DNA of 64,000 nucleotides, from NCBI GenBank assembly GCA_963681965.1, contig OY820579.1, positions 544,001 to 608,000 on the forward strand, read 5' to 3'. Shown here piece after piece: positions 18,578 through 29,047 of this stretch. The stretch's first letter is position 1. Each line of letters begins with the position of its first letter. The stretch comes from a bacterium. GTDB lineage: Bacteria; Electryoneota; JAOADG01. The notes beneath the pieces were generated by a model. The model saw only the letters and a program-made list of their open reading frames with translations. It was not told the origin of the DNA and ran no database searches. A program made the translations under genes and the position numbers.

Positions 18578-20272
18578 ATGATATACACAAGAATAGCTTC
18601 CGGACTTGATTTCATCGATGCAGAATTCGGCGGCATCTACGCCAACCGAACCTACTACCTTCGTGGTCCTGCACGTTCCGGTCGCACGACAATCGGTCTC
18701 CAGTTTCTGCTCGCCGGACTCGAAAACGGCGAAAACAGCATTCTGATCTCCAGCGACCGGATCGAAGACGTGATCCTGAAGTCGGAAACGATCGGTTTGA
18801 CGCTGGAACAATATCTGGTGGAAAATCGCCTGATCCTGATGGAATATCCCAAGGAAATTCAAAATGGGCACTATCAGTTGGGTGGCGTGATCCATCTCCT
18901 CGGCGAGATCGAGAAATATATCAAGACGTACAATTGCACCCGAATCGTATTCGATACCCTGATGCCCTTATTACTAAAGGCACGGGATGCACAAGTCGCC
19001 AATTATGTTTACTCCTTAATGAATGCAATCGAAGCGCTTTCCTGCACCGCCTTCGTGACAACCGGCGAACCGAATAGCCCCCAGGCGGGTCGGATTGCCG
19101 AATTGATCGAAGATGCCGCTGCCGGCGTGTTCTCGACTTCGGCGGTTTCAATGAAGGATAGTCAACAGCGGATGTTCTGGGTGCACAAGATGGTCAATCC
19201 GATGACCCCGCCGACTCCTTATAAGACCAAGTTCGAATATGGTACCGGTGTCGTACAGGACCTCGGCGAGCGCGCTCCCGATATCCGCCGACCGAATACG
19301 GTCGAACAAGTAACCGGTCCGGTGAGCATTAACGACCTACCGATGCGAATAGCTGTGATCGATGGCGAAGAAGATGTCGTCGCGCAGTTCGAAGAGATCT
19401 TCCCGAAAGCACAACAGGTCGACGATTACAGTACCGATAGCGAATTTATTCGCGGTCACCGGGATGTTGGTTACGACGTGTTGGTCGTGAATGCATCTTC
19501 GGTCGTGAATTGGTTTCTAGCGGTACACCAGATCCGCGAACGCAACGAGAAGTTGCCGATTCTGATTGTTTCCGAACAATTAACGGCACAATTGAGTTAT
19601 CAATCTGCGAAACTTGCCGGTGCCGACGCATTGTTCATGCACCCGTTGGTGAAGGGCGATGTCGTCCGTGCCTTGGAAAAAGCGCTGAAGAACTACAACA
19701 CCTATCAGGAAATTGCCAGTCGGCTCGCAACTCGCACACAGCTATCCAATCTTCCCGAGGATTTCGGGTCGCTCCTGAACACCGTGATGGAATCGGACTT
19801 GGGTGGAAAGCAAGGCGATACACTGATTAGCGTTGGCGATTTCAAAGAGAAACTCCACGAGCAGATTTGGCGCAGCAGCCAAAAGCAATTGACGTTCGCA
19901 GTCGTGTCCTTCCGAATGATCAATACCGGCGAAATATCAAAACTTCAGAACCTGCCCCGCGGCTTGGAATTGGTCAAGCGTATGGCAGGGATTGTCGGAA
20001 ATGCGATGCGCGGATTGAACGATAGCGCCTGTCGCAGTATGGACAAGATTGTGGTTCTCTTGGAGAATTGCGATCGCGAAGGTGCCGATGCATTTGTCGC
20101 TCGGGTCACTGCCGATGTGAAAACGGAATTGGGCGACAAACTCGGTGTTCAATTGGGTCGTCATCTGGTCATTTCAAAAGCGATGGCGATGTATCCCGAA
20201 GATGCCGACAATGTTCAGGATTTGCTGTCCCGGGTAACCGAAACCACCCGTAATTTCAAGTTAATTCACTAA
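18578..20272 (+). CDS. RecA/KaiC-like ATPase* - receiver* - degenerate GGDEF* protein (BcsE-like architecture)
   Basis: SGLDFID..FGG, variant Walker A GPARSGRT and RIVFDTL. REC-like IAVIDGE...YDVLVVN...PILIVS...AGAD. GGDEF-like R.LNDSACRSMDKIVVLL..CD.EGA...AMYPEDA. Confidence 0.8.
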   Translation: MIYTRIASGLDFIDAEFGGIYANRTYYLRGPARSGRTTIGLQFLLAGLENGENSILISSDRIEDVILKSETIGLTLEQYLVENRLILMEYPKEIQNGHYQLGGVIHLLGEIEKYIKTYNCTRIVFDTLMPLLLKARDAQVANYVYSLMNAIEALSCTAFVTTGEPNSPQAGRIAELIEDAAAGVFSTSAVSMKDSQQRMFWVHKMVNPMTPPTPYKTKFEYGTGVVQDLGERAPDIRRPNTVEQVTGPVSINDLPMRIAVIDGEEDVVAQFEEIFPKAQQVDDYSTDSEFIRGHRDVGYDVLVVNASSVVNWFLAVHQIRERNEKLPILIVSEQLTAQLSYQSAKLAGADALFMHPLVKGDVVRALEKALKNYNTYQEIASRLATRTQLSNLPEDFGSLLNTVMESDLGGKQGDTLISVGDFKEKLHEQIWRSSQKQLTFAVVSFRMINTGEISKLQNLPRGLELVKRMAGIVGNAMRGLNDSACRSMDKIVVLLENCDREGADAFVARVTADVKTELGDKLGVQLGRHLVISKAMAMYPEDADNVQDLLSRVTETTRNFKLIH

Positions 20273-20341
20273 TCCAGTATCGCAATCGAATTTTATTAGT
20301 TCAGTACCGGGTAACCGGATAGCGGAAGCAAGGAGAAGAAA

Positions 20342-20902
20342 ATGGAAACCATGTCGAATTTCACGCACAACACGTTATTGGCAACAGTATTAACCGGCTC
20401 GATCGGAGCATTGAGCTACGCCGCAAACCGGGTACGCGAACGGGTATTAACGGTGGGAAACGTTCAGCGAGCTGCAGTCAATTTCGAATCATCGATGAAA
20501 CCGATTTATCTGCCGGAACCAACGGCTAAGTCTGAGAAGATCATGAATACTATTAGTGGCAAATGGGATGCACGCGAAACGCCGCAGTCGGAAGTGGACA
20601 GTTTCATGTCGGATTGGGTAAATGGCTCGTGGGAAGGTATTCAGAACGCACGCAGCTACAGCAATAGCGTTGCGCAAGACGACATTCGCACCGTCTCGAC
20701 ACTGCAAAGACGTATTGCCGCCAATCGCGCCAGTTGGACACGGTTAACTGCAGAACCATTACCGGAAACCCGTAAACCGGCAAAGATCGAGATGGTCAGC
20801 TCGACAATGGCGATCGATACCAATTGGATCGACGAGTGGATCGGAAAGCCGGTTACCGAGGCGATCGAGATTACCAACCCGATGAATCGAATCGCGTTTT
20901 AA
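20342..20902 (+). CDS. Hypothetical protein
   Basis: AGGAGA RBS, 186 aa, co-oriented in an apparent operon. No family recognised. Confidence 0.7.
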   Translation: METMSNFTHNTLLATVLTGSIGALSYAANRVRERVLTVGNVQRAAVNFESSMKPIYLPEPTAKSEKIMNTISGKWDARETPQSEVDSFMSDWVNGSWEGIQNARSYSNSVAQDDIRTVSTLQRRIAANRASWTRLTAEPLPETRKPAKIEMVSSTMAIDTNWIDEWIGKPVTEAIEITNPMNRIAF

Positions 20903-21009
20903 TCGAAGTTCAGTAAGGTCATGCGATCGCTCAGTTGGATCGCATCAACCACGATCAAGTCAATCAGAATTAACTCAGTTGTATCAAGATCGATTGTCAG
21001 GAGTATAAA

Positions 21010-21945
21010 ATGGATGTCATCGCAATGTTATCGAGAGTCATATTGGTCGTCGCAATCATCACTTTTTGCGTAGCGATTATATCGTATGTGATCTTCCGGG
21101 TGAAAGAGCATGCTCACAAGCCTGCATCGGCACCGCGAAATATCGATTTACACGCAGCTCCAGTCAATCATCTTGCTTATATGCCTCTTGCGACCCTTCC
21201 GGTAGAACCGGTAAACGGTACTCCAAAAGCAATCCACAACGAGCTGGAAGTACCCACGCTAGCCAATGGGATCGTCAATGGATATCACCGTCCTGCAGTC
21301 ACGAATAGTATACCTGCAGTGGGGATTGCCACTGATACGACGAAAAACGGATCTTTCGATTATCGACCACCAGCAGTAGAACCGATTGCATTTGCCGAAT
21401 TAAATGGTTCGAAAACGATCGACCGAGAACTCCAACTCAACGCCGATATTTTGGAACATGCCATTCGAGTCCTAAACGAATCGGATACTACCACTCGGAA
21501 TGGTTATCAAAACGATTATCAAAATCAACCTATTATTTTCAACGGAAATAAACCGATCAATGGGTTTTCAAATGGTCAATTGAACGGAAATTTTAACGGA
21601 CATAGTAACGGTAGTATGAATGGATCAGTTAATGGTCATGGAAAACCAGCAATAAATGGAAATGCAAATGGATACGTTAACGGAAATTCAGATGTAAATG
21701 GAAAATCGAATGGACATAATGGAAATTCCGTCGAGGGCAACGGACAAGAAATTCAGCTAACGCAATCACAATCAGTATTTCTAAAATCATTTACCAATTA
21801 TTCCTCGACTGCCAATTCGGATATGTCAATCGGTCATCCCGATGCGCCATACTCATCCTTAAAGCCGAGATTTTTCCGTGTCAACGGTCAAAACAGTAAT
21901 GAAAATGTATACGGCAAAGGTGAAGCTCCGGCAAATTGGAAATAA
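21010..21945 (+). CDS. Single-pass membrane protein with Asn/Gly-rich low-complexity tail
   Basis: AGGAG RBS, N-terminal TM (VILVVAIITFCVAIISYVIF) and NGxx repeats. Confidence 0.8.
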   Translation: MDVIAMLSRVILVVAIITFCVAIISYVIFRVKEHAHKPASAPRNIDLHAAPVNHLAYMPLATLPVEPVNGTPKAIHNELEVPTLANGIVNGYHRPAVTNSIPAVGIATDTTKNGSFDYRPPAVEPIAFAELNGSKTIDRELQLNADILEHAIRVLNESDTTTRNGYQNDYQNQPIIFNGNKPINGFSNGQLNGNFNGHSNGSMNGSVNGHGKPAINGNANGYVNGNSDVNGKSNGHNGNSVEGNGQEIQLTQSQSVFLKSFTNYSSTANSDMSIGHPDAPYSSLKPRFFRVNGQNSNENVYGKGEAPANWK

Positions 21946-21969
21946 TGATTTATCTCCAAAGCGGACAAT

Positions 21970-21997
21970 AATGCGGGTCGAAGAACCCGCATTTTTT
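21970..21997 (+). terminator. Rho-independent terminator
   Basis: AATGCGGGT/ACCCGCATT stem followed by a T-tract. Confidence 0.75.
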
Positions 21998-22513
21998 GTT
22001 TGCGAGCTGCCAAGAATTGAATGCTCGATCAATATTGATTGTCACGTTGTCAATTCATTATCGATTGCTATGTTACAAACCGAGCAAACGAATCGGTGGA
22101 AAAATGGCGGTACAGCGCTATTGATGATTCCAGGAGCAGTTTTTAAACGTCTGTGAAAATCGAAGTAAAGATTATGAATATCTTATATTTAGATAACAAA
22201 AAAAAGAGCAAACGTTGAGTTTGATTAAGTATATATCCAACGTCCTAAACCGTTGTACAATATCCTATCGGGTATATATATTAGCAGTTCGACCGGAGTT
22301 TGGAGGTTCACTCCCCATCTTTGAAGTGATCCATTGACCGAATTCGGAAAGTTGAATTAGTAGAAACATCGGAATTTGATTTCCTGTACAGAACTTAAAA
22401 TCAGTAAGTATTTGAAAAAGGGGTAGTGTTTCGTTTGTGATTCGATATTCCGGTTATCGCGATAATCCATAAGAGCACCGGACACACGCAACATAAAATG
22501 AAACCGAGACGAT

Positions 22514-24376
22514 ATGTATCGTAAAATGAATTACAATACTCGCTTGATTCTCAAGATATTTCTCGATTCATTTGCGATTATTTTTGCGTTTGTCTTTGGC
22601 TATTTCCTCCGCTTCCCATGGGATGCATTTCTCAAAGAGATGCATACACTCGGTTACTTCCTAATTGTTGTGCTCGTCGTTCGGTTGGTCTGTTTTTCCT
22701 CGTTTCGGCTCTATTCGACCATGTGGCGCTATTCCGAATTGCCTTCGATTATGGCGTTAATGAAGGCAACGGCTGTCGGAAGTATTTTATTGGTAATCAG
22801 TCATTACTTTTTGCTACCCAAGCATAATATCCCGCGATCCATTCCCTTTATCGATTTCTTGTGTGTGGTTTTTCTTGCCGGAAGCTTCCGTTTCTCGATC
22901 CGATATTTTACCACGCGAAAGAGGGATACCGGGTCTAGCACTGCTCCGCGTCGTCGCGTATTGATCTACGGCGCTGGCGATACTGGTGAGCAGTTGTTGC
23001 GCAATATTCAGCAATCGAAGATCATGTCGGGAATCGATGTCGTCGGCTTTATCGACGACGACTCAAATAAGCGCAGTCAATACATTCACGGTAAACGCGT
23101 GCTTGGCGGACGAAATGACGTCAGTGCACTGGTTAAGCAGAAAAAAATTACCGGAATATATTTTTGTGTACCCTCCCTTTCCGGTTCGGAAACTCGCGAA
23201 TTATTCCGATCGATCAATGAGCAAGTCGGTTCGGAAATTGAAATTCTTACGATTCCCGGTCTTTCCGATTTGGTGCAGGGACGCATCTCGATTAATGTTC
23301 TGCGAAAATTTGAATTGAGTGACCTCTTACGTAGAAGTCAGGTTCACCTCGAACGCGAACCGGTCGAACAATTGATCAAAGATCAAGTCGTGTTGATTGT
23401 CGGCGGCGGCGGTAGTATCGGTCTTGAGTTGTGCCGGCAAGTGGCAGGATTTCTACCGAAAGAACTCGTGGTGGTTGATGCCAGCGAATTTAATACTTAC
23501 ACTGCCGAGCAAGTGCTTCGCAAGAGTTTTCCCAAATTAAATCTTACACCGCTGGTTGCCGATGCCTGTAACAACGAATTGTTGCGGAATATTTTCGAGC
23601 GGACGAAACCGGCAATTGTCTTCCATGCTGCCGCGTACAAGCATGTTCCGTTAATGGAAGAAAATCCGTGGGCGGCAATTTACAATAATCTGACCAGTAC
23701 ATTGCAGTTGACGCGGTTTGCTTCGGAATTTGGGGTCAAACGGTTTATTCTCATCTCATCCGATAAAGCGGTGAAGCCCACCAGCGTGATGGGCGCGACG
23801 AAGCGGATGTGCGAACTGATCATGTTGCTCGAGCAACAGCACAGCAATACCGATTTCATGGCGGTTCGGTTCGGTAATGTACTTGGCAGCTCTGGAAGCG
23901 TGATTCCGCTGTTTCAACAGCAAATTACCAACGGTGGACCGATCACCGTTACACATCCGGAAATTACCCGGTTCTTTATGTTAATTTCGGAAGCCGTGGA
24001 ATTGGTGTTACAAGCCGGCGCTGTCGGTGCTTCCGGTCAGATCTATGTATTGGATATGGGAAAGCCGATTCGTATTGCCGAATTGGCAGAATACATGATC
24101 GAGATCTGTGGTTTGCGTCCGCATCGCGATATTAAGATCGAGTACACCGGTTTGCGTCCGGGCGAGAAACTGTATGAGAGTCTTTATTTCGAAGGGGAAG
24201 AGACCCCGACACGCGTTCCCAATCTCTTTGTATTGCAACCGAAGCTAAGTGTCGATCAAAAGTATATCGCCGAAATCGAACAGTTGATCGTTCGAAATCC
24301 CCGGTTGTCCCGCGATGAATTAATGGCGGAAATCAAGCGTTTCGTACCGGAATTCATTACGAATGGCAACGGTTGA
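22514..24376 (+). CDS. CapD/PglF/WbpM-type nucleoside-diphosphate-sugar dehydratase
   Basis: Four N-terminal TMs, then YGAGDTG, GF.DDD, GGGGSIG.EL, HAAAYKHVP, SDKAV.P.SVMGATKR, RFGNVLGSSGSVIP and GLRPGEKLYE. Confidence 0.95.
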   Translation: MYRKMNYNTRLILKIFLDSFAIIFAFVFGYFLRFPWDAFLKEMHTLGYFLIVVLVVRLVCFSSFRLYSTMWRYSELPSIMALMKATAVGSILLVISHYFLLPKHNIPRSIPFIDFLCVVFLAGSFRFSIRYFTTRKRDTGSSTAPRRRVLIYGAGDTGEQLLRNIQQSKIMSGIDVVGFIDDDSNKRSQYIHGKRVLGGRNDVSALVKQKKITGIYFCVPSLSGSETRELFRSINEQVGSEIEILTIPGLSDLVQGRISINVLRKFELSDLLRRSQVHLEREPVEQLIKDQVVLIVGGGGSIGLELCRQVAGFLPKELVVVDASEFNTYTAEQVLRKSFPKLNLTPLVADACNNELLRNIFERTKPAIVFHAAAYKHVPLMEENPWAAIYNNLTSTLQLTRFASEFGVKRFILISSDKAVKPTSVMGATKRMCELIMLLEQQHSNTDFMAVRFGNVLGSSGSVIPLFQQQITNGGPITVTHPEITRFFMLISEAVELVLQAGAVGASGQIYVLDMGKPIRIAELAEYMIEICGLRPHRDIKIEYTGLRPGEKLYESLYFEGEETPTRVPNLFVLQPKLSVDQKYIAEIEQLIVRNPRLSRDELMAEIKRFVPEFITNGNG

Positions 24377-24405
24377 TGAACGGTGCCGGTCGATCCGATT
24401 TTCTG

Positions 24406-24429
24406 AAAGGCGCGGATATGCGCCTTTTT
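24406..24429 (+). terminator. Rho-independent terminator
   Basis: AAAGGCGC/GCGCCTTT stem followed by Ts. Confidence 0.65.
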
Positions 24430-24672
24430 CCGCGAATCAACCGTGATGACAGTGCAACATAAATTTGAATTCATTCCGAATGTTTCACAGATCGATTTTA
24501 AAATTCGTATTTTATTTTTTACGATGATTCCCAAATATTCCGACTTCAGAGAGAAAACCTGGGGAACAGGATGTCTGATCGATCGGTAAGTTGATTGAGA
24601 TTAATGTTATCAAAATACATTTCGACCGTTCAACCAGTATCGCGATTGCGATAATTAGAAATCGAGCAAATA

Positions 24673-25887
24673 ATGATGAAAATCCCATTTTTCCGAACAG
24701 CGTTGGATGAAAGTGAAATTAACGAAGTAGAGGATACGCTTCGATCGGGTTGGTTGACGACTGGACCGAAGACGAAGAAATTCGAAGCCGATTTTGCTGC
24801 TGCTGTCGGAGCGAAGCACGCGATTGCGTTGAATTCGGCAACAGCCGGTCTGCACCTTGCACTGGAAGCGGTTGGATTGGAACCGGGCGAGTTAGTGCTG
24901 GTTCCGGCATTGACCTTTGCTGCGGGCGCAGAAGTCGTGCGCTACGACCGTGCGACACCGGTATTCGTCGATTGCGACGAATCACTCTGCATGAGTCCGG
25001 CAGCATTGGAAGCGACGCTGACTGCCATCGAGCAAGGGAAACCAATCTATGGCTACAACCCGCCGTATACCAAGATCCGCGCGATTATGCCGATGCATTA
25101 CGGCGGCTATACCTGTGCCATGGACGAGATTATGGCAATCGCCGCGAAGCGTAGTATTCCCGTGATCGAAGACGCTGCCCACTGCGTGTTCTCCAAGTAC
25201 AAACAAGCGGATGGACAATGGAAGATCGCCGGTCGATTCGGTGTCTCGGGTGTCTATTCGTTCTACGCCAACAAATGCATCACCACTGGTGAAGGGGGCA
25301 TGGTTGTCACCGATGACGACGATACCGCGAACCGGATTCGGCTGATGTCGTTGCATGGCATGAACAAGGATGCGTGGAAGCGCTTCACCGATCAAGGCTC
25401 GTGGTACTACGAACTGACGGCAGCCGGATTCAAATACAATCTCACCGATATGGCATCGGCACTGGGTATTCACCAACTCGAAAAAGTGGAAATATTCCGG
25501 CAGAAACGCGAAGCGGTTGCCATGAAATTCAATAGCTTCTTCGCGAATTTACCGCAAGTGCAATTACCACCGAATAATCCGGACAAATGCGTTCACTCCT
25601 GGCACCTTTACTGCTTACGCTTGAATTTGGAACGTCTGACGATCGATCGCGCACAATTTATCGAAGAACTGAAAGCGCTCGGCGTGAGTTGCTCGGTGCA
25701 TTGGATGCCGTTGCCGATGAATCCGTACTACGTTCAACACTACGGTTTCAAGGGTGGCGAATTCCCCGCAGCCGAAGCGGTCTGGCCGCGCCTGGTATCG
25801 TTACCGATTTTCCCGGCGATGACCAATGAAGAGATCGATTATGTCGGTTCGGTCGTAGAGCAAGTGGCGACGAAATTCGCGAAATAA
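24673..25887 (+). CDS. DegT/DnrJ/EryC1/StrS PLP-dependent sugar aminotransferase
   Basis: SGWLTTGP, NSATAGLHLAL, EDAAH, SFYANK.ITTGEGG, G.KYN and SLPIFP motifs. Confidence 0.95.
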   Translation: MMKIPFFRTALDESEINEVEDTLRSGWLTTGPKTKKFEADFAAAVGAKHAIALNSATAGLHLALEAVGLEPGELVLVPALTFAAGAEVVRYDRATPVFVDCDESLCMSPAALEATLTAIEQGKPIYGYNPPYTKIRAIMPMHYGGYTCAMDEIMAIAAKRSIPVIEDAAHCVFSKYKQADGQWKIAGRFGVSGVYSFYANKCITTGEGGMVVTDDDDTANRIRLMSLHGMNKDAWKRFTDQGSWYYELTAAGFKYNLTDMASALGIHQLEKVEIFRQKREAVAMKFNSFFANLPQVQLPPNNPDKCVHSWHLYCLRLNLERLTIDRAQFIEELKALGVSCSVHWMPLPMNPYYVQHYGFKGGEFPAAEAVWPRLVSLPIFPAMTNEEIDYVGSVVEQVATKFAK

Positions 25888-25966
25888 CGCGAGTGGAAAA
25901 AATATTATGATTGCGAGGCGGGAATAGCGTTCCCGCATTTGACAATGGAATGAGGCAACTGAGTCG

Positions 25967-26776
25967 ATGGAATACGATCCGATCAAAGATAAACTGTTCG
26001 GTATCACCAAGAATAGTGTGTTTCTGCGCGATGCATTGTTTTTCGCGATCGGACACACTTTTTTGCGTGAAGGTCATGTCAAACGCCGGATAAAATTGGC
26101 ACAGTTGCCCGACAATGCCGCGATTCTCGATGCCGGTTGCGGATTGGGGCAGTATGCGCTCTGGATGGCAAAAAAACTGCCGGGCAGCACAATTTTCGCG
26201 GGTGACGTGAAGAAGCATTTTATCGATGCGGGTAATCATCATGCTGCCGCGAAAGGTTTAAAGAACGTCACTTTCGGCGAATTGGATCTCTTGAAACTCG
26301 AGCAGAAAAACAAGTACGATTTCGTGTTGTCGATCGATGTACTCGAGCACATCGAGGACGACGTCGACCTGATGAAGCGTTTTAATCATGCACTCAAGCC
26401 GGGTGGACAATTGATGATTCATTCGCCGGGTGCCGAGGAAGACTCGCGGACATCGCATCACGATCCGAAAAGTTTGGTGGAAGAGCACGTTCGCGAAGGG
26501 TATGAAAAGAATGAAATCATCGAGAAGATGACGGAAGCGGGATTTGCCAAGGTCGATGTGTATCCCACCTATAAACCATTTACCGGACCACTAATTTGGC
26601 GCTTGTGGCAGAACATCCCGCTGAAATTTACAAAGCTCGGTTTATTGGGATATGCTCTTATTCCGCTCTGGTTTCTACTCGCATATCCGCTTGGATATCC
26701 CTTTTGGTGGAGCGATTTACACGTTCCGAAAAAGTGGGGATACGGGGTTTTAGTGGTGGCACGGAAAGCCTCTTAG
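25967..26776 (+). CDS. Class I SAM-dependent methyltransferase
   Basis: LDAGCGLG, DVLEHIEDD, LKPGG and HVREGY motifs. Confidence 0.9.
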   Translation: MEYDPIKDKLFGITKNSVFLRDALFFAIGHTFLREGHVKRRIKLAQLPDNAAILDAGCGLGQYALWMAKKLPGSTIFAGDVKKHFIDAGNHHAAAKGLKNVTFGELDLLKLEQKNKYDFVLSIDVLEHIEDDVDLMKRFNHALKPGGQLMIHSPGAEEDSRTSHHDPKSLVEEHVREGYEKNEIIEKMTEAGFAKVDVYPTYKPFTGPLIWRLWQNIPLKFTKLGLLGYALIPLWFLLAYPLGYPFWWSDLHVPKKWGYGVLVVARKAS

Positions 26777-26803
26777 TTTTCAAAACAATCTTTTAAGATA
26801 TTG

Positions 26804-26830
26804 AAACGGCGTACGATGTGCGCCGTTTTT
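26804..26830 (+). terminator. Rho-independent terminator
   Basis: AAACGGCGTAC/GTGCGCCGTTT stem followed by Ts. Confidence 0.7.
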
Positions 26831-26850
26831 GATTCAGTGGCATGATGGAC

Positions 26851-26898
26851 TTGACAAATGGGGATCGGTTATAGTAATTTAGTTAAACGACTGACTAA
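26851..26898 (+). promoter_or_regulatory. Sigma70-like promoter with probable TetR operator
   Basis: TTGACA at 26851 and TAATTT at 26875, plus the imperfect inverted repeat TTAGTTAAACGACTGACTAA (26879-26898) upstream of the TetR gene. Confidence 0.6.
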
Positions 26899-26929
26899 GT
26901 TGTTCGTTTAATTAATAAGGCATTCTGCA

Positions 26930-27679
26930 ATGAAAAAAAATGACCCCAAACCCGATAAAGCCGAACACCCGATTCGGGCGCTGCACCTGAAAGGGTATCA
27001 CCACTTCAAGGAGATTATCCAACAGCTCCACGATAAAGGATCGCACGATGGCGATGATTCCCCGCGTTCGCGGATTCTGAGTGCAGCCTTCGAGAAATTC
27101 GCTGAAAAGGGATTCGAAGCGACTGGAATTCGGGAAATTGCCGAAGCCGCCAAAGTCAATCAGGCGATGATCCATTATTACTACGGGTCCAAGGATAACC
27201 TCTACCATCAGGTAATTGCCGAACAAATTGGAAAATTCGCATCTGCGGCGTTCAGCGAATTACGGGAAAGTGAATTGCTGGAAGAGGTCGTGTTCGGAAT
27301 TCCGATACGGATCAATGGTATGTTGCGGAAAAATCCGCTCTGGGCACGATTAATCTTTCGCGAAGTCGCGGAAGGTGGCGCGCATCTCGAGCAGGCGATT
27401 GAGCAGCTCGGTGAATTGGGTCCGCTCGGGTTTGCCAAACATCTTAGCGAAGCGTATGCCGAATTGGTCAAAGCCGGTAAAGTGGCTGATCTCCCACCGA
27501 AACTAGTGGCTCCATTGCTGATTGGTTTGAGTTTCAGTTCGGTTTTTATCGAACCGTATTTCCGGATCCTGACCAAACAGGTCCCCGATGAATCGAAAAC
27601 GCAGGAAATTAGGATGAAAATGGTGAACGAAGTGCTGCGACACGGATTGTCGACACAACCGAAGAAGGTGAAAAAATGA
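26930..27679 (+). CDS. TetR/AcrR family regulator
   Basis: RILSAA...FAEKGF.AT.IREIA..A.VN.AMIHYYYGSK..LY helix-turn-helix. Confidence 0.93.
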   Translation: MKKNDPKPDKAEHPIRALHLKGYHHFKEIIQQLHDKGSHDGDDSPRSRILSAAFEKFAEKGFEATGIREIAEAAKVNQAMIHYYYGSKDNLYHQVIAEQIGKFASAAFSELRESELLEEVVFGIPIRINGMLRKNPLWARLIFREVAEGGAHLEQAIEQLGELGPLGFAKHLSEAYAELVKAGKVADLPPKLVAPLLIGLSFSSVFIEPYFRILTKQVPDESKTQEIRMKMVNEVLRHGLSTQPKKVKK

Positions 27680-28989
27680 AGTATCGATTCTGGATAGTAG
27701 CATTGCTATTAATCGGGCTTGCTGCAACTTCTCCGGCGGCAGACAGTGCGAAGCGATGGACGTTGGAAGAGTGTCTACGCAATGCTGGAAAGCAGCCAAA
27801 TCGCGTTCGCGCGAGCGAATGGCAATACCGTTCCGCCGAAGCAGGATGGCGCGAGGAGCGGGTTGCGCGGTATGGGTCGGTGGATGCCACCGGAACATAC
27901 TCCCATAGCACCGATGTGCAGACACTCAGCATACCGATTTCGATTCCGGGAATGAAGATTCCCGAAACGAAATTCGGCGATGGGAATGTCTACGATCTCG
28001 CGGTGACTGCGAAAATTCCGTTGTTCACCGGTGGTGCGCTAAAGTATCGCGAACAGGCGGCGCGCTCCGGAGCCGATGCGGCGCAGTACGATTGGAAAGC
28101 CGAAAAAGCATCGTTCGCTGCGGAAGTACGTCGCGCATTTTATCAAGTGCTAGCGGGTGAAGCGGCACTGAAAATTGCAACCAATAATCGCGATAAATTG
28201 CTGCGCCATAAAGGCGAATTGGAAGATGCTGTTACCATTGGAGCGGTTTCTAGAGAAGCATTAATCCAGAATGAAGTGGCGCTGAAACAAGCCGAGAGCA
28301 GTCAGATCGTGGCGGAAGGAGATTTGAAAGCGGCGCGGATTGCATTGTGCGAAATCACCAAAATTGATGAAAGCAACGCGGAATTCGATGGCAATCTGGA
28401 AATGTCGTTGCTGACACGATTCGATTCGATTTCGGTACCGACCAACGATCATCGTGGTGAATTTGCCGCGATGCAACACCGGGTGGCGCAAGCGACGTGG
28501 GCAGCCAATGCGGTTCGTGGCAGTTGGTATCCGAGTGTTGCGGCACAAGCGACTTACCATTATGCCAAACCGGGCGTGCAAATGATTAAGAACGAGTGGA
28601 TGAGTTACGGGGTTTTCGGCGTATCGGCATCATGGACGATGTGGGATTGGTTTGCTCGAGATCGTCGTATCGAAAAGGCACGCAACAGTGAGAATGCGCT
28701 GCGCTTCAACAATTTCGAATTGTCGCGCAACCTGAAAACCGCAGCGAAAGTCGTTTTCGAACGATTGGAAACGGCAAAGCGGAATCTTGCAGTGCAGAGC
28801 AGCCGAATGGAATCAGTACAGACTCGCGCAGGTATGGTGGAAGAGCGCTGGAAACAGGGACAGGCTACCGAAAGCGAATGGCAGGATGCACAGGACGATG
28901 TGACGCAGGCGCATGAAAATGTGCTGTCGGCGACAGTGCGGCTGAGGCTGGCGGAAGTGGAATGGCTGGTGACCGATGGCGCTGAGTAA
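27676..28989 (+). CDS. TolC family outer-membrane efflux protein
   Basis: Signal peptide and two OEP repeats (IPLFTGG, WYPSV). Operon context. Confidence 0.9.
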   Translation: MKYRFWIVALLLIGLAATSPAADSAKRWTLEECLRNAGKQPNRVRASEWQYRSAEAGWREERVARYGSVDATGTYSHSTDVQTLSIPISIPGMKIPETKFGDGNVYDLAVTAKIPLFTGGALKYREQAARSGADAAQYDWKAEKASFAAEVRRAFYQVLAGEAALKIATNNRDKLLRHKGELEDAVTIGAVSREALIQNEVALKQAESSQIVAEGDLKAARIALCEITKIDESNAEFDGNLEMSLLTRFDSISVPTNDHRGEFAAMQHRVAQATWAANAVRGSWYPSVAAQATYHYAKPGVQMIKNEWMSYGVFGVSASWTMWDWFARDRRIEKARNSENALRFNNFELSRNLKTAAKVVFERLETAKRNLAVQSSRMESVQTRAGMVEERWKQGQATESEWQDAQDDVTQAHENVLSATVRLRLAEVEWLVTDGAE

Positions 28990-29047
28990 GAAATCTATTG
29001 GACGATTGAAAGTAGATCGGAACGAAGATCAAGCAGGTGAGACGAAA

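Noticed and set aside
18578-20272. Circadian KaiC
   Set aside because: It has a single degenerate ATPase domain fused to REC*/GGDEF*, and there is no kaiA or kaiB.
22106-22117. ops/JUMPstart-like GGCGGTAC upstream of polysaccharide genes
   Set aside because: It mismatches GGCGGTAG, lies about 400 bp from the start codon, and no supporting context is visible.
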